Origin: Marinicella sp.
GTDB lineage: Bacteria; Pseudomonadota; Gammaproteobacteria; Xanthomonadales; Marinicellaceae
DNA length: 64,000 nucleotides
NCBI GenBank assembly: GCA_965230295.1
Contig: OZ246001.1
Span: 352,001-416,000 of the forward strand
Direction: 5' to 3'
Position numbers and translations under genes: made by a program. The notes under the pieces were generated by a model, which saw nothing but the letters and a program-made list of their open reading frames with translations, did not search any database and was not told the DNA's origin. Shown here piece by piece: positions 40,654 through 50,705 of the stretch (position 1 is the first letter of the stretch; each line of letters starts with the position of its first letter).

Positions 40654-41133
40654 TCTGTACTTTCGAAATGGGCCTTTGTAGCCTTTGGGCATTCTTTCAA
40701 TGACTCCCTGGTTACAAAGGTTCTTTACCCTATACCTGACAGAATTATTCAAAGAGTCATCGGTGACATTTACTTTTAGTTTTATACTGCCTTTAGTAGC
40801 AACAAAGAGACTTATCTGCGTTATGGTTCCACAGCCATCATTAAATGTATCAAAACTATCATAGATAAGTTTTGTTAACTCCCCATGATTTAATTTAGAT
40901 CCTAAGACTTGAGGCTGTTTGGGTGGAATAATTTCAGGCGAAATTTTAATATCATGTAGGCTAAGTGTCCTATCAATGGCTTGTAAATCATATTTTAGCT
41001 CAGAAATTTTCTGTTTAGTCCATTGTAGATAAATTGATCTTTCCCTCTCAATACGGTTCAATTCACCATGTGTTTCAGCACGTTTCTTTATAAGCCAGTT
41101 TAACGAAGAAGGGATACGATTTGCCATAGACAA
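40642..41133 (-). CDS. Hypothetical protein, coiled coil plus probable winged helix (transposon right end)
   Basis: LIKKRAETHGEL...DLQAIDRTL coiled coil; C-terminal RYRVKNLCNQGVIER..G..R.YRL wHTH-like; 3' end overlaps the transposase by 12 nt. Confidence 0.7.
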   Translation of the reverse strand: MSMANRIPSSLNWLIKKRAETHGELNRIERERSIYLQWTKQKISELKYDLQAIDRTLSLHDIKISPEIIPPKQPQVLGSKLNHGELTKLIYDSFDTFNDGCGTITQISLFVATKGSIKLKVNVTDDSLNNSVRYRVKNLCNQGVIERMPKGYKGPFRKYRLKV

Positions 41134-41193
41134 ATTGTATCCCTTGAACTGAAATAGAGCTATGTGCGTATGCTCAATTTAAGCGACAGAAAT

Positions 41194-41218
41194 AAAAAAA
41201 GCCCGAATAATCGGGCTT
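41194..41218 (-). terminator. Rho-independent terminator of yajC-secDF
   Basis: AAGCCCGA-ATAA-TCGGGCTT with an A7 run on +; abuts the transposon target duplication. Confidence 0.85.
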
Positions 41219-41246
41219 CTTCATGATTCTATTATTTGGCTCCTGC

Positions 41247-42197
41247 TTATGGAATATGATCCAGATTAGCGCCTTCTTTCTCCACCGGGATCAAATCTTC
41301 ACGGCTGATACCCAAAGCCAAAGTGGTGGTACTGGCCACGAATATTGAAGAATACGTACCAATGATCACACCCACAATCAGGGCAAAAGCAAAACCATGG
41401 ATCAAAGCACCGCCAAAAAAGAACAATGCCAACAACACCAACATGGTGGTGAATGAGGTGATCACTGTTCTGGACAGGGTCTGGCCTATGGATTTGTTGA
41501 TTACTTGCTCTGTAGTTGACTTGCGACCTTTGCGGAAGTTTTCCCTGATGCGGTCAAACACCACAATGGTGTCATTCAAGGAGTAACCAATCACTGCAAG
41601 CAATGCTGCCAGTACTGTTAAGTCGAACTCCACTTGCCAGATGGAAAACACCCCAGCGGTGATCACCACGTCATGAACCAAGGCTGCAATGGCACCCAAA
41701 GAAAAGCGCCACTCAAATCGGATGGTGACATAGATCAAGATGCCGATAATGGCATATAACAATGCCAAAGAACCTTGTTCCACCAATTCATCGCCTACTT
41801 GTGATCCCACATAATCGACTTTTGATACTTCAGCCGAGCTGTCCAATTGTTTCAGAACACCCAGAATTTCATTACTTAACTTGGCTTCATCAACACCTGC
41901 ATCGGCCTCAGATTCACCTTGGGGTGGCAAAGTGATTTCGATGTCCGTGCTGGCCCCAAAATTTTTAACCACTGAATTATCGTATCCGTTGTTTTCAAGC
42001 TGTGTTCTGATGTCGGTGATGACTGCGGGTTGATCAAACTTCACCACCACGACCGTGCCACCGGTAAAGTCCAACCCAAAATTCAATCCTCTGGTGACCA
42101 AAGACCCCAAAGCAACCACAATCAAAGTCAGTGATAAAAACATCGCTGCCTTGCGGTGCCCCATGAAATCATACTTAATATTTCCTAATATATTCAT
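41247..42197 (-). CDS. secF: Protein translocase subunit SecF
   Basis: GLNFGLDFTGG, VGSQVGDEL, ALVHDV, GYSLNDTIVVFDRIREN. Start set at ATG 42197. Confidence 0.97.
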   Translation of the reverse strand: MNILGNIKYDFMGHRKAAMFLSLTLIVVALGSLVTRGLNFGLDFTGGTVVVVKFDQPAVITDIRTQLENNGYDNSVVKNFGASTDIEITLPPQGESEADAGVDEAKLSNEILGVLKQLDSSAEVSKVDYVGSQVGDELVEQGSLALLYAIIGILIYVTIRFEWRFSLGAIAALVHDVVITAGVFSIWQVEFDLTVLAALLAVIGYSLNDTIVVFDRIRENFRKGRKSTTEQVINKSIGQTLSRTVITSFTTMLVLLALFFFGGALIHGFAFALIVGVIIGTYSSIFVASTTTLALGISREDLIPVEKEGANLDHIP

Positions 42198-42207
42198 TAT
42201 CGACTCC

Positions 42208-44061
42208 TTATATGGCAATTGACTGCAGTTTTTTCTTGCGACCATAAATCAAATTAACAATCGCTCTGGACAACACAATGGCGGTGAACATGGAAGTCAC
42301 GATCCCAACACTCAAAGTAACGGCAAAACCTTTAATGGGCCCAGTACCAAAAGCAAACAACACCACCGCTGCAATTAAGGTGGTTACATTGGCATCAGCA
42401 ATGGTTGAAAAAGCCTTGTCGTAACCTGCTTTGATACTACCCTGTATGGTATTTCCTTCCCGAATTTCTTCTTTAATCCGTTCAAAAATCAACACATTGG
42501 CATCCACTGCCATACCAACGGTCAAAACAATTCCGGCTATTCCCGGCAGGGTCAGTGTGGCACCAAACAATGACAAACAGGCCACCATCAGTACCACATT
42601 GATGGTCAATGCGATGTTGGCAATGACACCAAACATGCGGTAATAAATCAGCATAAACACCAACACCATGGCCAAACCAATTTGCACAGATACCACACCT
42701 TTATCGATGTTGTCCTGACCCAAAGAAGGCCCAATGGTGCGTTCTTCGACAATTTGAACGGGCGCGGCCAAAGCTCCCGCTCGCAATAACAAGGCCAATT
42801 CAGCGGCTTCTTTTTGGGTGAAACCACCCGTGGTCTGGAAGCGGTTAGAAAACACGCCATTGATACTGGCGTTACTGATCACTTCTTCTTTGTCTCGGTA
42901 TTGCATTTCACCGGCTTCATTTTTACCAATGGGAATGCGTTCTTTAAAAACCACACCCATGAAATTGCCTACATTGTTCTTGGTGAAATCCAACATTCTG
43001 GCAGCGCCAATGCTGTTGAGTTGTACATTCACCGCATGTTGTCCGGTCTGCTGATCAATGGTGGCCTGGGCCCCGGTTAGCTGATTACCCGTTGCGATGA
43101 CCCTGTTTTTCAGATAAATCGGCTGACCATTGGACTCAAAGTACAAAGTGCTTCCAGGGGGTGTTCTTCCTGTTTGATAGGTTCTTTGTGCTTCTGCATC
43201 AAAACTGTGTGTGGCCCGGTATTCTAAAGTGGCGGTGGCGTCTAAGATATTCTTCGCAACTGTGGTGTCCTGAACACCTGGCAATTGGACCACAATGCGA
43301 TCCAAACCTTGACGTTGAATGATGGGCTCAGCCACTCCAATTTCATTCACCCGGGTTCTTAAAGTGGTTAAGTTCTGATTCAGCGCATTTTCCTTGATGC
43401 TATTTAAAGATTGTTCACTCAATAAGCCTGTGAGCGTATATGAATCAGCACTGATGTCTTCACTGATTGACAATTCTGTGAAGTCGTCTTCAATCAGATC
43501 TTTGGCTTGGGTTAAACCAGCTTCATCCCTGAATCCAATCACCAAGCGATTGGCTTCCCACTTGAGTGATTTCTTAGGGATTTTCTGCTTGATCAATAAA
43601 GCGGTGATGTCAGAACGAATTTGTTTTTTCTTGTTCTCTTCTGCTTTGCTCATATCCACTTCTAACAAGAAGTGGACACCACCACGCAGATCAAGACCCA
43701 GGTTCATGGCACTGCCGCCCAAATTTTCCAACCATTCAGGTACATTGGGTTTTAGATTCATCGCCGTATCAAATCCAGCCAGATCCCGTTTCAACAGATC
43801 CTGTGCTTGTCGTTGACTGTCCAAGTCAGCAAATTTCACAATGGCCGTCTCCCCATCAATTGACACTTCATCAAAAGCAATTGATTCTTCACTCAGTAAG
43901 TTGGTTACTTTATTCAGTGTCGGCTGGGATACGGGCACATCTTCCTTGGCTTTGATTTGCACCACAGGGCTTTGGCCGTAGATGTTGGGTAAGGCATACA
44001 ACCCGCCAAAAGCCACTATCACCATCACCAAGATGTATTTCCATGCAGGATATCGATTCAT
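42208..44061 (-). CDS. secD: Protein translocase subunit SecD
   Basis: MNRYPAWK, LGLDLRGGVHFLLEVD, RIVVQLPG, IGPSLG, GMAVDANVLIFERI. Confidence 0.98.
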   Translation of the reverse strand: MNRYPAWKYILVMVIVAFGGLYALPNIYGQSPVVQIKAKEDVPVSQPTLNKVTNLLSEESIAFDEVSIDGETAIVKFADLDSQRQAQDLLKRDLAGFDTAMNLKPNVPEWLENLGGSAMNLGLDLRGGVHFLLEVDMSKAEENKKKQIRSDITALLIKQKIPKKSLKWEANRLVIGFRDEAGLTQAKDLIEDDFTELSISEDISADSYTLTGLLSEQSLNSIKENALNQNLTTLRTRVNEIGVAEPIIQRQGLDRIVVQLPGVQDTTVAKNILDATATLEYRATHSFDAEAQRTYQTGRTPPGSTLYFESNGQPIYLKNRVIATGNQLTGAQATIDQQTGQHAVNVQLNSIGAARMLDFTKNNVGNFMGVVFKERIPIGKNEAGEMQYRDKEEVISNASINGVFSNRFQTTGGFTQKEAAELALLLRAGALAAPVQIVEERTIGPSLGQDNIDKGVVSVQIGLAMVLVFMLIYYRMFGVIANIALTINVVLMVACLSLFGATLTLPGIAGIVLTVGMAVDANVLIFERIKEEIREGNTIQGSIKAGYDKAFSTIADANVTTLIAAVVLFAFGTGPIKGFAVTLSVGIVTSMFTAIVLSRAIVNLIYGRKKKLQSIAI

Positions 44062-44105
44062 ATCGTTCTCTTTTTTTGGTTTAAATTACAGTTATGTTGG
44101 CTTAC

Positions 44106-44435
44106 TTACTTCAGAGATTTGATGGTTCCCTTGGGCAAGACTTTAGCCACTGCACTTCTTTGTACGTGGATTTCTGTACCTGGCGCAATTTCAACTTTGA
44201 CGAATGCTTCGTCGACCGCCACGATGGCCCCCAACGTTCCACCATTGGTAATCACTTCATCACCAACAGCCAAGGCATTGACCATTTCATTGTGCGCTTT
44301 CATGCGTTTGTTCTGAGGGCGAATCAACATGAAATACATGATCACAAAAAACACCCCAATGAAAATCAAAGTTCCAAAAGGGTTGGCTGCTTGACCACCT
44401 GATTGGGCCATGGCGTCAGATATAAAAAAATTCAT
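44106..44435 (-). CDS. yajC: Preprotein translocase subunit YajC
   Basis: YFMLIRPQNKR, GDEVITNGG, VLPKGTIK. Confidence 0.96.
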   Translation of the reverse strand: MNFFISDAMAQSGGQAANPFGTLIFIGVFFVIMYFMLIRPQNKRMKAHNEMVNALAVGDEVITNGGTLGAIVAVDEAFVKVEIAPGTEIHVQRSAVAKVLPKGTIKSLK

Positions 44436-44506
44436 CTTTAATCCCGTATCTAGTAAAATAAAAGCGCGCTATTATAGCACCACAGACTCAACGATATAGG
44501 ACTCAG

Positions 44507-44923
44507 ATGGGAAAAAATCAAGTACTGAATTCAGCTAACTGTGATGAACACAGAGAGATCACAGGTGGCTGTCATTGCCAAAGTGTCAGATTCAATGCCA
44601 CTGTGTCTTCAAATGAAATCATACTGTCATGCAATTGTTCAATCTGCGCCATGACAGGATTCCAACATTTAATTGTCCCCCACAGCCAATTTACCTTGTT
44701 GTCAGGCAAAGATGTGTTGACCAGCTACCAGTTCAACACCAAACAAGCCAACCATTTATTCTGCAGCCAATGTGGGGTAAAATCCTTTTACCAACCCAGG
44801 TCGCATCCAGAAAGCTGGAGCATCAATACCAACTGTTTGGACCAGTTCAATCCCGATGACTGGTCTTTTGAACAATTTGATGGAATGAACTGGGAACAAG
44901 CCAAACAAACACTGAAACAATAA
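44507..44923 (+). CDS. GFA/CENP-V family zinc-binding protein
   Basis: GGCHCQSV, CNCSIC, HLFCSQCG, PRSHP. Confidence 0.9.
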   Translation: MGKNQVLNSANCDEHREITGGCHCQSVRFNATVSSNEIILSCNCSICAMTGFQHLIVPHSQFTLLSGKDVLTSYQFNTKQANHLFCSQCGVKSFYQPRSHPESWSINTNCLDQFNPDDWSFEQFDGMNWEQAKQTLKQ

Positions 44924-44931
44924 AAACTGAT

Positions 44932-45753
44932 ATGCCGACCATTTCAACAGAACGATTGAACATCAAACCAACCCACAAAAATTGTTGGTCCATTTATGAT
45001 CAGCTTGACGAACAGTTGATTGGAAAATTATTTTTCCGAGAACAGTGGTTTAACATCTTACTGAAACCCCAATCACTGCGACTTGGTGTGGCCACCGAGG
45101 CCAGTTATGGCTTGATGAAAGCCATCAACAGTGATACTTACAAAGCCAAAACCAAAGTGCCTCATGCCATGCAATTTCTCGAACAAATGGGTTTTGTCAA
45201 ACAAGACAATCATTATGAGGTCACGGCTGAAGGCTTAACCTGCCCTGATTTATACCATCAGCTCAATCAAAGGCTTTGTATAGACCCTTCTGCTTTGAAA
45301 ACACCTCTTCAACAAACCGCATCACAACTGGTTGATGCTGAAAAAGATTGCTTTGGACGCCCTTGTAAATTACATCCCCAAGCCAACAAAGCCTGGCAGA
45401 GAATGAAATCTACAGCGGCCGCTGACGGGATTGAAATTCAACTCGTTTCAGGTTATCGATCGATGACTTACCAAGCCCATTTAATCACCAAAAAGTTGGC
45501 AGAAGGTCAGGACTTAAAGGACATCTTATCCACCAATGCAGCTCCCGGTCACAGTGAACACCACACCGGTTGTGCAGTGGACATCACCACCAACGATGAA
45601 ACGCCGTTGGAAGAATCATTTGCCGAAACAAAAGCTTTTGCCTGGTTGACTGAACATGCGGATTCACATGGGTTTACCATGACGTATCCTAAAGAAAATG
45701 AGCTGGGAATCATGTATGAACCTTGGCATTGGTGCTATCATCACCAATCATAG
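44932..45753 (+). CDS. M15B (VanY-like) D-Ala-D-Ala carboxypeptidase with N-terminal GNAT-like remnant
   Basis: SGYRS, APGHSEHHTGCAVD, YEPWHW zinc-peptidase motifs; N-terminus PTISTERL...GVATEA...LEQMGF. Confidence 0.85.
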   Translation: MPTISTERLNIKPTHKNCWSIYDQLDEQLIGKLFFREQWFNILLKPQSLRLGVATEASYGLMKAINSDTYKAKTKVPHAMQFLEQMGFVKQDNHYEVTAEGLTCPDLYHQLNQRLCIDPSALKTPLQQTASQLVDAEKDCFGRPCKLHPQANKAWQRMKSTAAADGIEIQLVSGYRSMTYQAHLITKKLAEGQDLKDILSTNAAPGHSEHHTGCAVDITTNDETPLEESFAETKAFAWLTEHADSHGFTMTYPKENELGIMYEPWHWCYHHQS

Positions 45754-46173
45754 GAAAGCTGCTGAGCAGCTTGACCCGCCGAGCCGGTTAGGCAAATCAT
45801 GCAATCATGGCGATTTTGCAAAGCAAAGAAGCCTTGATGTAATGATTGATTAGCCGTGAGCTATTGAGGTTGCGGCCGCTATCGCTCCTAGCTATCGCGG
45901 CAGACCTACATCCATGTAGGCCAATCAGAGGCGAAGAGAATAGCCAATGAGCATATGGCGATTTGACGAAGTCAAGAAGCCTTATGTGAATGGCGTTATT
46001 CGTGCGAGGTAGCAAGTCATGTTCGCCGTGGTCGTTTTCACTTTTGTCAGAAACAGACATGCAGTGCGAAGCAACTGCTCAGACAATAGTCTGTAAAGGT
46101 CGGTTTATTTGCGCAGCAAATATGAAGACCTGTCAGACCATGAACCAGAATGAAGCCCCAAGAACATTCCTTA
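45753..46173. repeat. Modular structured interspersed repeat, long copy (421 bp)
   Basis: Same four conserved blocks and orientation as 29493-29666, with longer hairpin-rich inserts (e.g. CCTACATCCATGTAGG); lies between convergent genes. Confidence 0.85.
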
Positions 46174-46204
46174 TTTCTATCTGTGCAAACGCCTTCTTTT
46201 GTGG

Positions 46205-47401
46205 TCAATAATTATTGACCACAAAATCATCTAAGATTTCGATGAACTGTGATGCAATGTCATCACCTTTGAGGGTATGGGTTTTTTCACCGCGAATAAA
46301 AATGGGTGCTGAAGGCGATTCGCCTGTTCCTGGCAAGGATATGCCTATGTCAGCATGTTTTGATTCACCTGGCCCATTGACGATGCATCCCATGACAGCC
46401 ACATTCATGTCTTTTACACCAGGGTGTGAAATCCGCCACTCAGGCATTTTGGCGTCCATATGCTCTGTCACTTGTTTGGCCAATACCTGAAAGAACTCAC
46501 TGGTCGTTCTGCCACAACCTGGACAAGCTGTGACTTCGGGTTTGAATGATTGCAACTCCAAACTTTGTAAAATTTGTTGGGCAACTTTAACCTCTTCTGT
46601 CCTTGCCTGGTTGGGTTCAGGAGTTAAGGAAACCCTGATGGTGTCACCAATTCCTTGTTGCAACAACACGGCCAAAGCGGCCGTAGATGCCACAATGCCT
46701 TTGTTTCCCATGCCAGCTTCAGTCAAGCCCAAATGCAAGGCATATTGGCATGATTGGTGTAATTCTTGATAGATTCTGATCAACGACTGAACGCTGCTGA
46801 CTTTGCAACTGACAATGATTTTATCAGCACCCAAGCCGAATGATTCAGCTTGTTGTGCACTGGACAACACCGATTGGATCAAAGCTTTTTCGATCAAGGC
46901 ACCACTGGATAATGGTTTCGGTGACAGGGCATTTTCATCCATCATTTTGGCCATCAACTTTTGATCCAACGAGCCCCAGTTACCTCCAATGCGGACCGGT
47001 TTATCCAGATCTTTGGCCACTTGAATGATCGATTCGAACTGCTGATCACGCTTTTTACCAAAACCAACATTGCCAGGATTGATGCGGAATTTTGCCAGTT
47101 TTTCAGCGCACAAAGGATGGTCTTGTAACAAACGATGACCGTTGTAATGAAAATCACCAATCACTGGGACATGACAATGTGCAGCCTGTAAACGGTCAAT
47201 GATTTCTGGAACAGCAGCCGCAGATTCCTCATTGTTCACAGTGATTCGCACCATTTCTGAGCCAGCTTGATGCAATTGATAAATCTGTTGAGCTGTGGAC
47301 TTGGCATCAGCGGTGTCGGTATTGGTCATTGATTGCACCACCACCCGACCGGCACCTACCTGGACGTCACCCACAGAAACTATATTGCGTTTTACATTCA
47401 T
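46205..47401 (-). CDS. ispG: 4-hydroxy-3-methylbut-2-enyl diphosphate synthase
   Basis: [52 protein letters not shown]. Confidence 0.97.
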   Translation of the reverse strand: MNVKRNIVSVGDVQVGAGRVVVQSMTNTDTADAKSTAQQIYQLHQAGSEMVRITVNNEESAAAVPEIIDRLQAAHCHVPVIGDFHYNGHRLLQDHPLCAEKLAKFRINPGNVGFGKKRDQQFESIIQVAKDLDKPVRIGGNWGSLDQKLMAKMMDENALSPKPLSSGALIEKALIQSVLSSAQQAESFGLGADKIIVSCKVSSVQSLIRIYQELHQSCQYALHLGLTEAGMGNKGIVASTAALAVLLQQGIGDTIRVSLTPEPNQARTEEVKVAQQILQSLELQSFKPEVTACPGCGRTTSEFFQVLAKQVTEHMDAKMPEWRISHPGVKDMNVAVMGCIVNGPGESKHADIGISLPGTGESPSAPIFIRGEKTHTLKGDDIASQFIEILDDFVVNNY

Positions 47402-47405
47402 GATT

Positions 47406-47840
47406 TTAATTTTGTTTCAAACAGGCCTGATTCAAACCCGCCAACAGGTTAGAAAATGGTGTCTTTCCTATGACCGACCTGAATACAGTCATGTGTATGT
47501 TTTGATTGTTTTCGTTGTTTGTTAATTTTATCACCAATGCATGAGGTAATTGCCAAAACCCAGAAAGCTTTATATCATCGGCCCATATATCGGTTATTGG
47601 TGAACAGGTATGCAGTGTCATTTGACCTGTCACATTGAGCTTAAACTGTAAACTGTTTTGCCGCTTGATCACTTGTTGGTTTTTCCAAATGGCAAACAAC
47701 AACAGAGGCAGTAAAGCCAAAACCCATTCATTAACCTGAAAAGCGAGGCTGAACACCAGCAGCACAAGCAAGGTCAAAATGACCTGAGACAACCACAAAG
47801 TGTGGGTAAATTGGTTATTTTTGATGGTAACCGGCTGCAC
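47406..47840 (-). CDS. YgfX-like small membrane protein
   Basis: Two TMs plus a soluble tail; directly downstream of sdhE, as in ygfY-ygfX. Start set at GTG 47840 (the ORF track extension to 47990 overlaps sdhE). Confidence 0.55.
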   Translation of the reverse strand: MQPVTIKNNQFTHTLWLSQVILTLLVLLVFSLAFQVNEWVLALLPLLLFAIWKNQQVIKRQNSLQFKLNVTGQMTLHTCSPITDIWADDIKLSGFWQLPHALVIKLTNNENNQNIHMTVFRSVIGKTPFSNLLAGLNQACLKQN

Positions 47841-48093
47841 AAATTTGCTCCACCAAGTCCTTAAATTGTATGCGCTCCATTTCTGGTTTGGATTTCCCGC
47901 TGAGCCAATACCACAACAGCATATCTTCTTCAGCCAGCATGTCATTAAACAGTACCTTTTTTGATGTTGACAACGTCTTGTATTCAGCATCTAAGAATCG
48001 ATTGAGGATGAAGTCCAGTTCCTTCATGCCACGTCGGCATCGCCACCTGAAATAGCCTTCAGACAATGCGTCTTCAGAATCTGCACCCATCAC
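47815..48093 (-). CDS. sdhE: FAD assembly factor SdhE
   Basis: RWRCRRGMKELD, EEDMLLWYWL. Confidence 0.93.
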   Translation of the reverse strand: MMGADSEDALSEGYFRWRCRRGMKELDFILNRFLDAEYKTLSTSKKVLFNDMLAEEDMLLWYWLSGKSKPEMERIQFKDLVEQICAAGYHQK

Positions 48094-48103
48094 AAATCAA
48101 ACG

Positions 48104-48889
48104 TTACAAGGCATGCCTTTGGGCAATCATTTTTTTGATTTCACCAATGGCTTTGCCTGGATTCAACCCTTTGGGACAAGTGTTGGCACAATTCATGATG
48201 GTGTGACATCGGTAGACTTTGAACGGATCCTCTAAATCTTCCAAGCGCTCACCGGTGTACTCATCACGAGAATCTGCCAACCATCGATAAGATTGTAACA
48301 ACACCGCCGGGCCTAAATAACGATCTCCGTTCCACCAATAACTGGGACATGAAGTTTGGCAACAAGCACATAAAATACATTCATACAAACCATCTAACTT
48401 TTCACGGTCTTCAATTGATTGTAATCGCTCTCTGTCCGGTAATGGCACAGAATCTGTCTGCATCCAGGGCTTGATGGATGCATATTGGGCGTAAAAATGA
48501 GTCAGGTCCGGGACCAGATCTTTGATCACTTCCATGTGAGGTAATGGGTAAACAGCAATCTCTTTGCCTTTGAATTGCTTGATGGAAGTGGTACAAGCCA
48601 ATGTGTTGGTGCCATTGATGTTCATGGCGCAAGAGCCACAAATACCCTCTCGACATGAACGCCTGAACGTCACAGTGGAATCCATTTCATCTTTGATTTT
48701 TATCAGTGCATCCAAAACCATTGGGCCGCATTGATCCAAATCGATCTCGTAGCTATCGGTTCTGGGGTTTTCATTGTCATCGGGTGACCAACGGTACACT
48801 TTCACAGTGGTTAAATTGCTGCCACTGTCGGCTTTGTGGTGTTTGCCTTTTTTTACCCTGGAGTTCTTTGGTAATCTGAATTCTGCCAT
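48104..48889 (-). CDS. sdhB: Succinate dehydrogenase Fe-S subunit
   Basis: [35 protein letters not shown]...CPKGLNP. Confidence 0.98.
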   Translation of the reverse strand: MAEFRLPKNSRVKKGKHHKADSGSNLTTVKVYRWSPDDNENPRTDSYEIDLDQCGPMVLDALIKIKDEMDSTVTFRRSCREGICGSCAMNINGTNTLACTTSIKQFKGKEIAVYPLPHMEVIKDLVPDLTHFYAQYASIKPWMQTDSVPLPDRERLQSIEDREKLDGLYECILCACCQTSCPSYWWNGDRYLGPAVLLQSYRWLADSRDEYTGERLEDLEDPFKVYRCHTIMNCANTCPKGLNPGKAIGEIKKMIAQRHAL

Positions 48890-48913
48890 TGTTTATAACC
48901 TGTTGCTGTGCGT

Positions 48914-50701
48914 TTAATAGACGCGTGGTTTGGGTGGGATCACTTCACATTCGTCGGTCAATGTGTATATGTGAACGGGTCGGTAATCAAATGAGACGTT
49001 GCCACTGTCATCTATGTATGCCAGGGTGTGTTTCATCCACTCATCGTCATTTCTGTCAGGATAATCTTCTCGGGCATGGGCACCACGTGATTCTTTGCGG
49101 TTTTCCGCTGAGAACATGGTCACTTTGGCCTGGATCATCAAGTTTTGTAATTCCAGGGTTTCAACCAAATCGGTGTTCCATACCATAGAAGAATCTGACA
49201 CGTTGACATCATTAATTTTAGCTGCTGTGGCGGCAATCTGCTCACACCCTTCTTGTAACACTTCGCCGGTTCTGAATACGGCCGCATTGTTCTGCATGAT
49301 TTTTTGCATTTCCAGTCGCAGTTCAGCCGTTTTAATGCCACCTTGGGCATGTCGGGTTTTGTCCAAATTATCTAAAGATTTATCCAAGGCACCTTTGGGC
49401 AGTTCTGAATGTTTGGCACCCGGTGTGATGACATCTGCACATCGATCTGCCACGGCACGTCCGAATACAATCAAATCAAGCAGTGAATTTGAGCCCAGTC
49501 TATTGGCGCCATGAACCGAAACACAAGCAGCTTCGCCTATGGCGAACAAACCCGGAACCACTTTGTCAGGATCATCCCCTTCTTTGTTCACCACTTCACC
49601 ATGGTAATTGGTGGGAATCCCACCCATGTTGTAATGTACGGTAGGTAATACAGGAATGGGCTCCTTGGCCACATCAACACCGGCAAAAATTTCTGCCGAT
49701 TCTGCGATACCCGGTAGACGTTTGTTGATCACATCTGCACCCAAGTGCTGTAAATTCAAGTAAATGTGATCATTTTCAGCACCGACGCCCCTGCCCTCAC
49801 GAATTTCTATGGTCATTGATCGCGACACGACATCACGTGATGCCAAATCTTTGGCATTGGGGGCATAACGCTCCATAAATCGTTCACCCTTGGCATTGGT
49901 CAGGAAGCCACCTTCACCACGCACACCTTCAGTGATCAAACAACCCGCACCATAGATACCAGTCGGATGGAATTGAACAAACTCCATATCTTGCAATGGC
50001 AAACCGGCACGCAGCACCATGGCATTACCGTCACCGGTACAGGTATGAGCAGAAGTGGCAGAAAAATAGGCACGTCCATAACCGCCCGTGGCCAAAATAA
50101 CTGCATGACCACGAAACAGGTGCAAAGTACCATCGGCCAAATTCCAGGCCAGAACGCCTTTACATTCACCGTTTTCCATCACCAAATCGATGGCAAAATA
50201 TTCGATAAAAAAGGAAGCATCATGTTTCAATGCTTGTTGGTACAAGGTATGTAAAATGGCATGACCGGTACGGTCTGCCGCAGCGCAGGTCCGTTGCGCA
50301 GTACCCTCACCATAATTGGTGGTCATGCCACCAAAGGGTCTTTGGTAAATTTTACCCTCTTCGGTGCGCGAAAAAGGTACGCCATAATGTTCTAACTCGA
50401 CCACTGAGGGAACGGCTTCTCGACACATGTATTCAATCGCATCCTGATCACCCAACCAATCTGATCCTTTGATGGTGTCATACATGTGCCAACGCCAATC
50501 ATCTTCACCCATATTGCCCAGCGATGCAGACATGCCTCCTTGAGCAGCCACCGTATGTGAACGGGTTGGAAATACCTTAGTGATACAGGCTGTTGACAAG
50601 CCTTTGGTCGCCAAACCCATGGTGGCTCGTAATCCCGCACCACCGGCGCCAACCACAATGGCGTCGAATTTGTGTTCTGTTATCTTATATTTTTGTGTCA
50701 T
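48914..50701 (-). CDS. sdhA: Succinate dehydrogenase flavoprotein
   Basis: [39 protein letters not shown]. Start set at ATG 50701 (MTQKYK). Confidence 0.98.
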   Translation of the reverse strand: MTQKYKITEHKFDAIVVGAGGAGLRATMGLATKGLSTACITKVFPTRSHTVAAQGGMSASLGNMGEDDWRWHMYDTIKGSDWLGDQDAIEYMCREAVPSVVELEHYGVPFSRTEEGKIYQRPFGGMTTNYGEGTAQRTCAAADRTGHAILHTLYQQALKHDASFFIEYFAIDLVMENGECKGVLAWNLADGTLHLFRGHAVILATGGYGRAYFSATSAHTCTGDGNAMVLRAGLPLQDMEFVQFHPTGIYGAGCLITEGVRGEGGFLTNAKGERFMERYAPNAKDLASRDVVSRSMTIEIREGRGVGAENDHIYLNLQHLGADVINKRLPGIAESAEIFAGVDVAKEPIPVLPTVHYNMGGIPTNYHGEVVNKEGDDPDKVVPGLFAIGEAACVSVHGANRLGSNSLLDLIVFGRAVADRCADVITPGAKHSELPKGALDKSLDNLDKTRHAQGGIKTAELRLEMQKIMQNNAAVFRTGEVLQEGCEQIAATAAKINDVNVSDSSMVWNTDLVETLELQNLMIQAKVTMFSAENRKESRGAHAREDYPDRNDDEWMKHTLAYIDDSGNVSFDYRPVHIYTLTDECEVIPPKPRVY

Positions 50702-50705
50702 GGGT

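Larger units (their letters stand above)
34228..41185. mobile_element. Complete IS1595-family transposon with cargo genes (6,958 bp)
   Basis: Left TIR CGCTTAAATTGATCAAATGCACA (34228-34250); right TIR read inward CGCTTAAATTGAGCATACGCACA (41163-41185), 20/23 identical. 8-bp direct repeat ACAGAAAT at 34220-34227 and 41186-41193. Internal IS1595 transposase; interior is visibly more AT-rich than the flanks. Confidence 0.93.

Noticed and set aside
34228-41185. The island as a prophage, ICE or composite transposon
   Set aside because: No integrase, phage or conjugation genes and only one transposase; the TIRs plus 8-bp duplication explain both boundaries.
29493-46173. The repeat copies as a CRISPR array, tRNA/tmRNA/6S RNA or known riboswitch
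   Set aside because: No regularly spaced repeat-spacer pattern, no cas genes and no recognised consensus; reported as an unclassified repeat instead.
45797-46211. ORFs 45797-46060 (-) and 45990-46211 (+)
   Set aside because: They lie almost entirely within the long repeat copy, have no protein-like features and are not preserved in the short copy.
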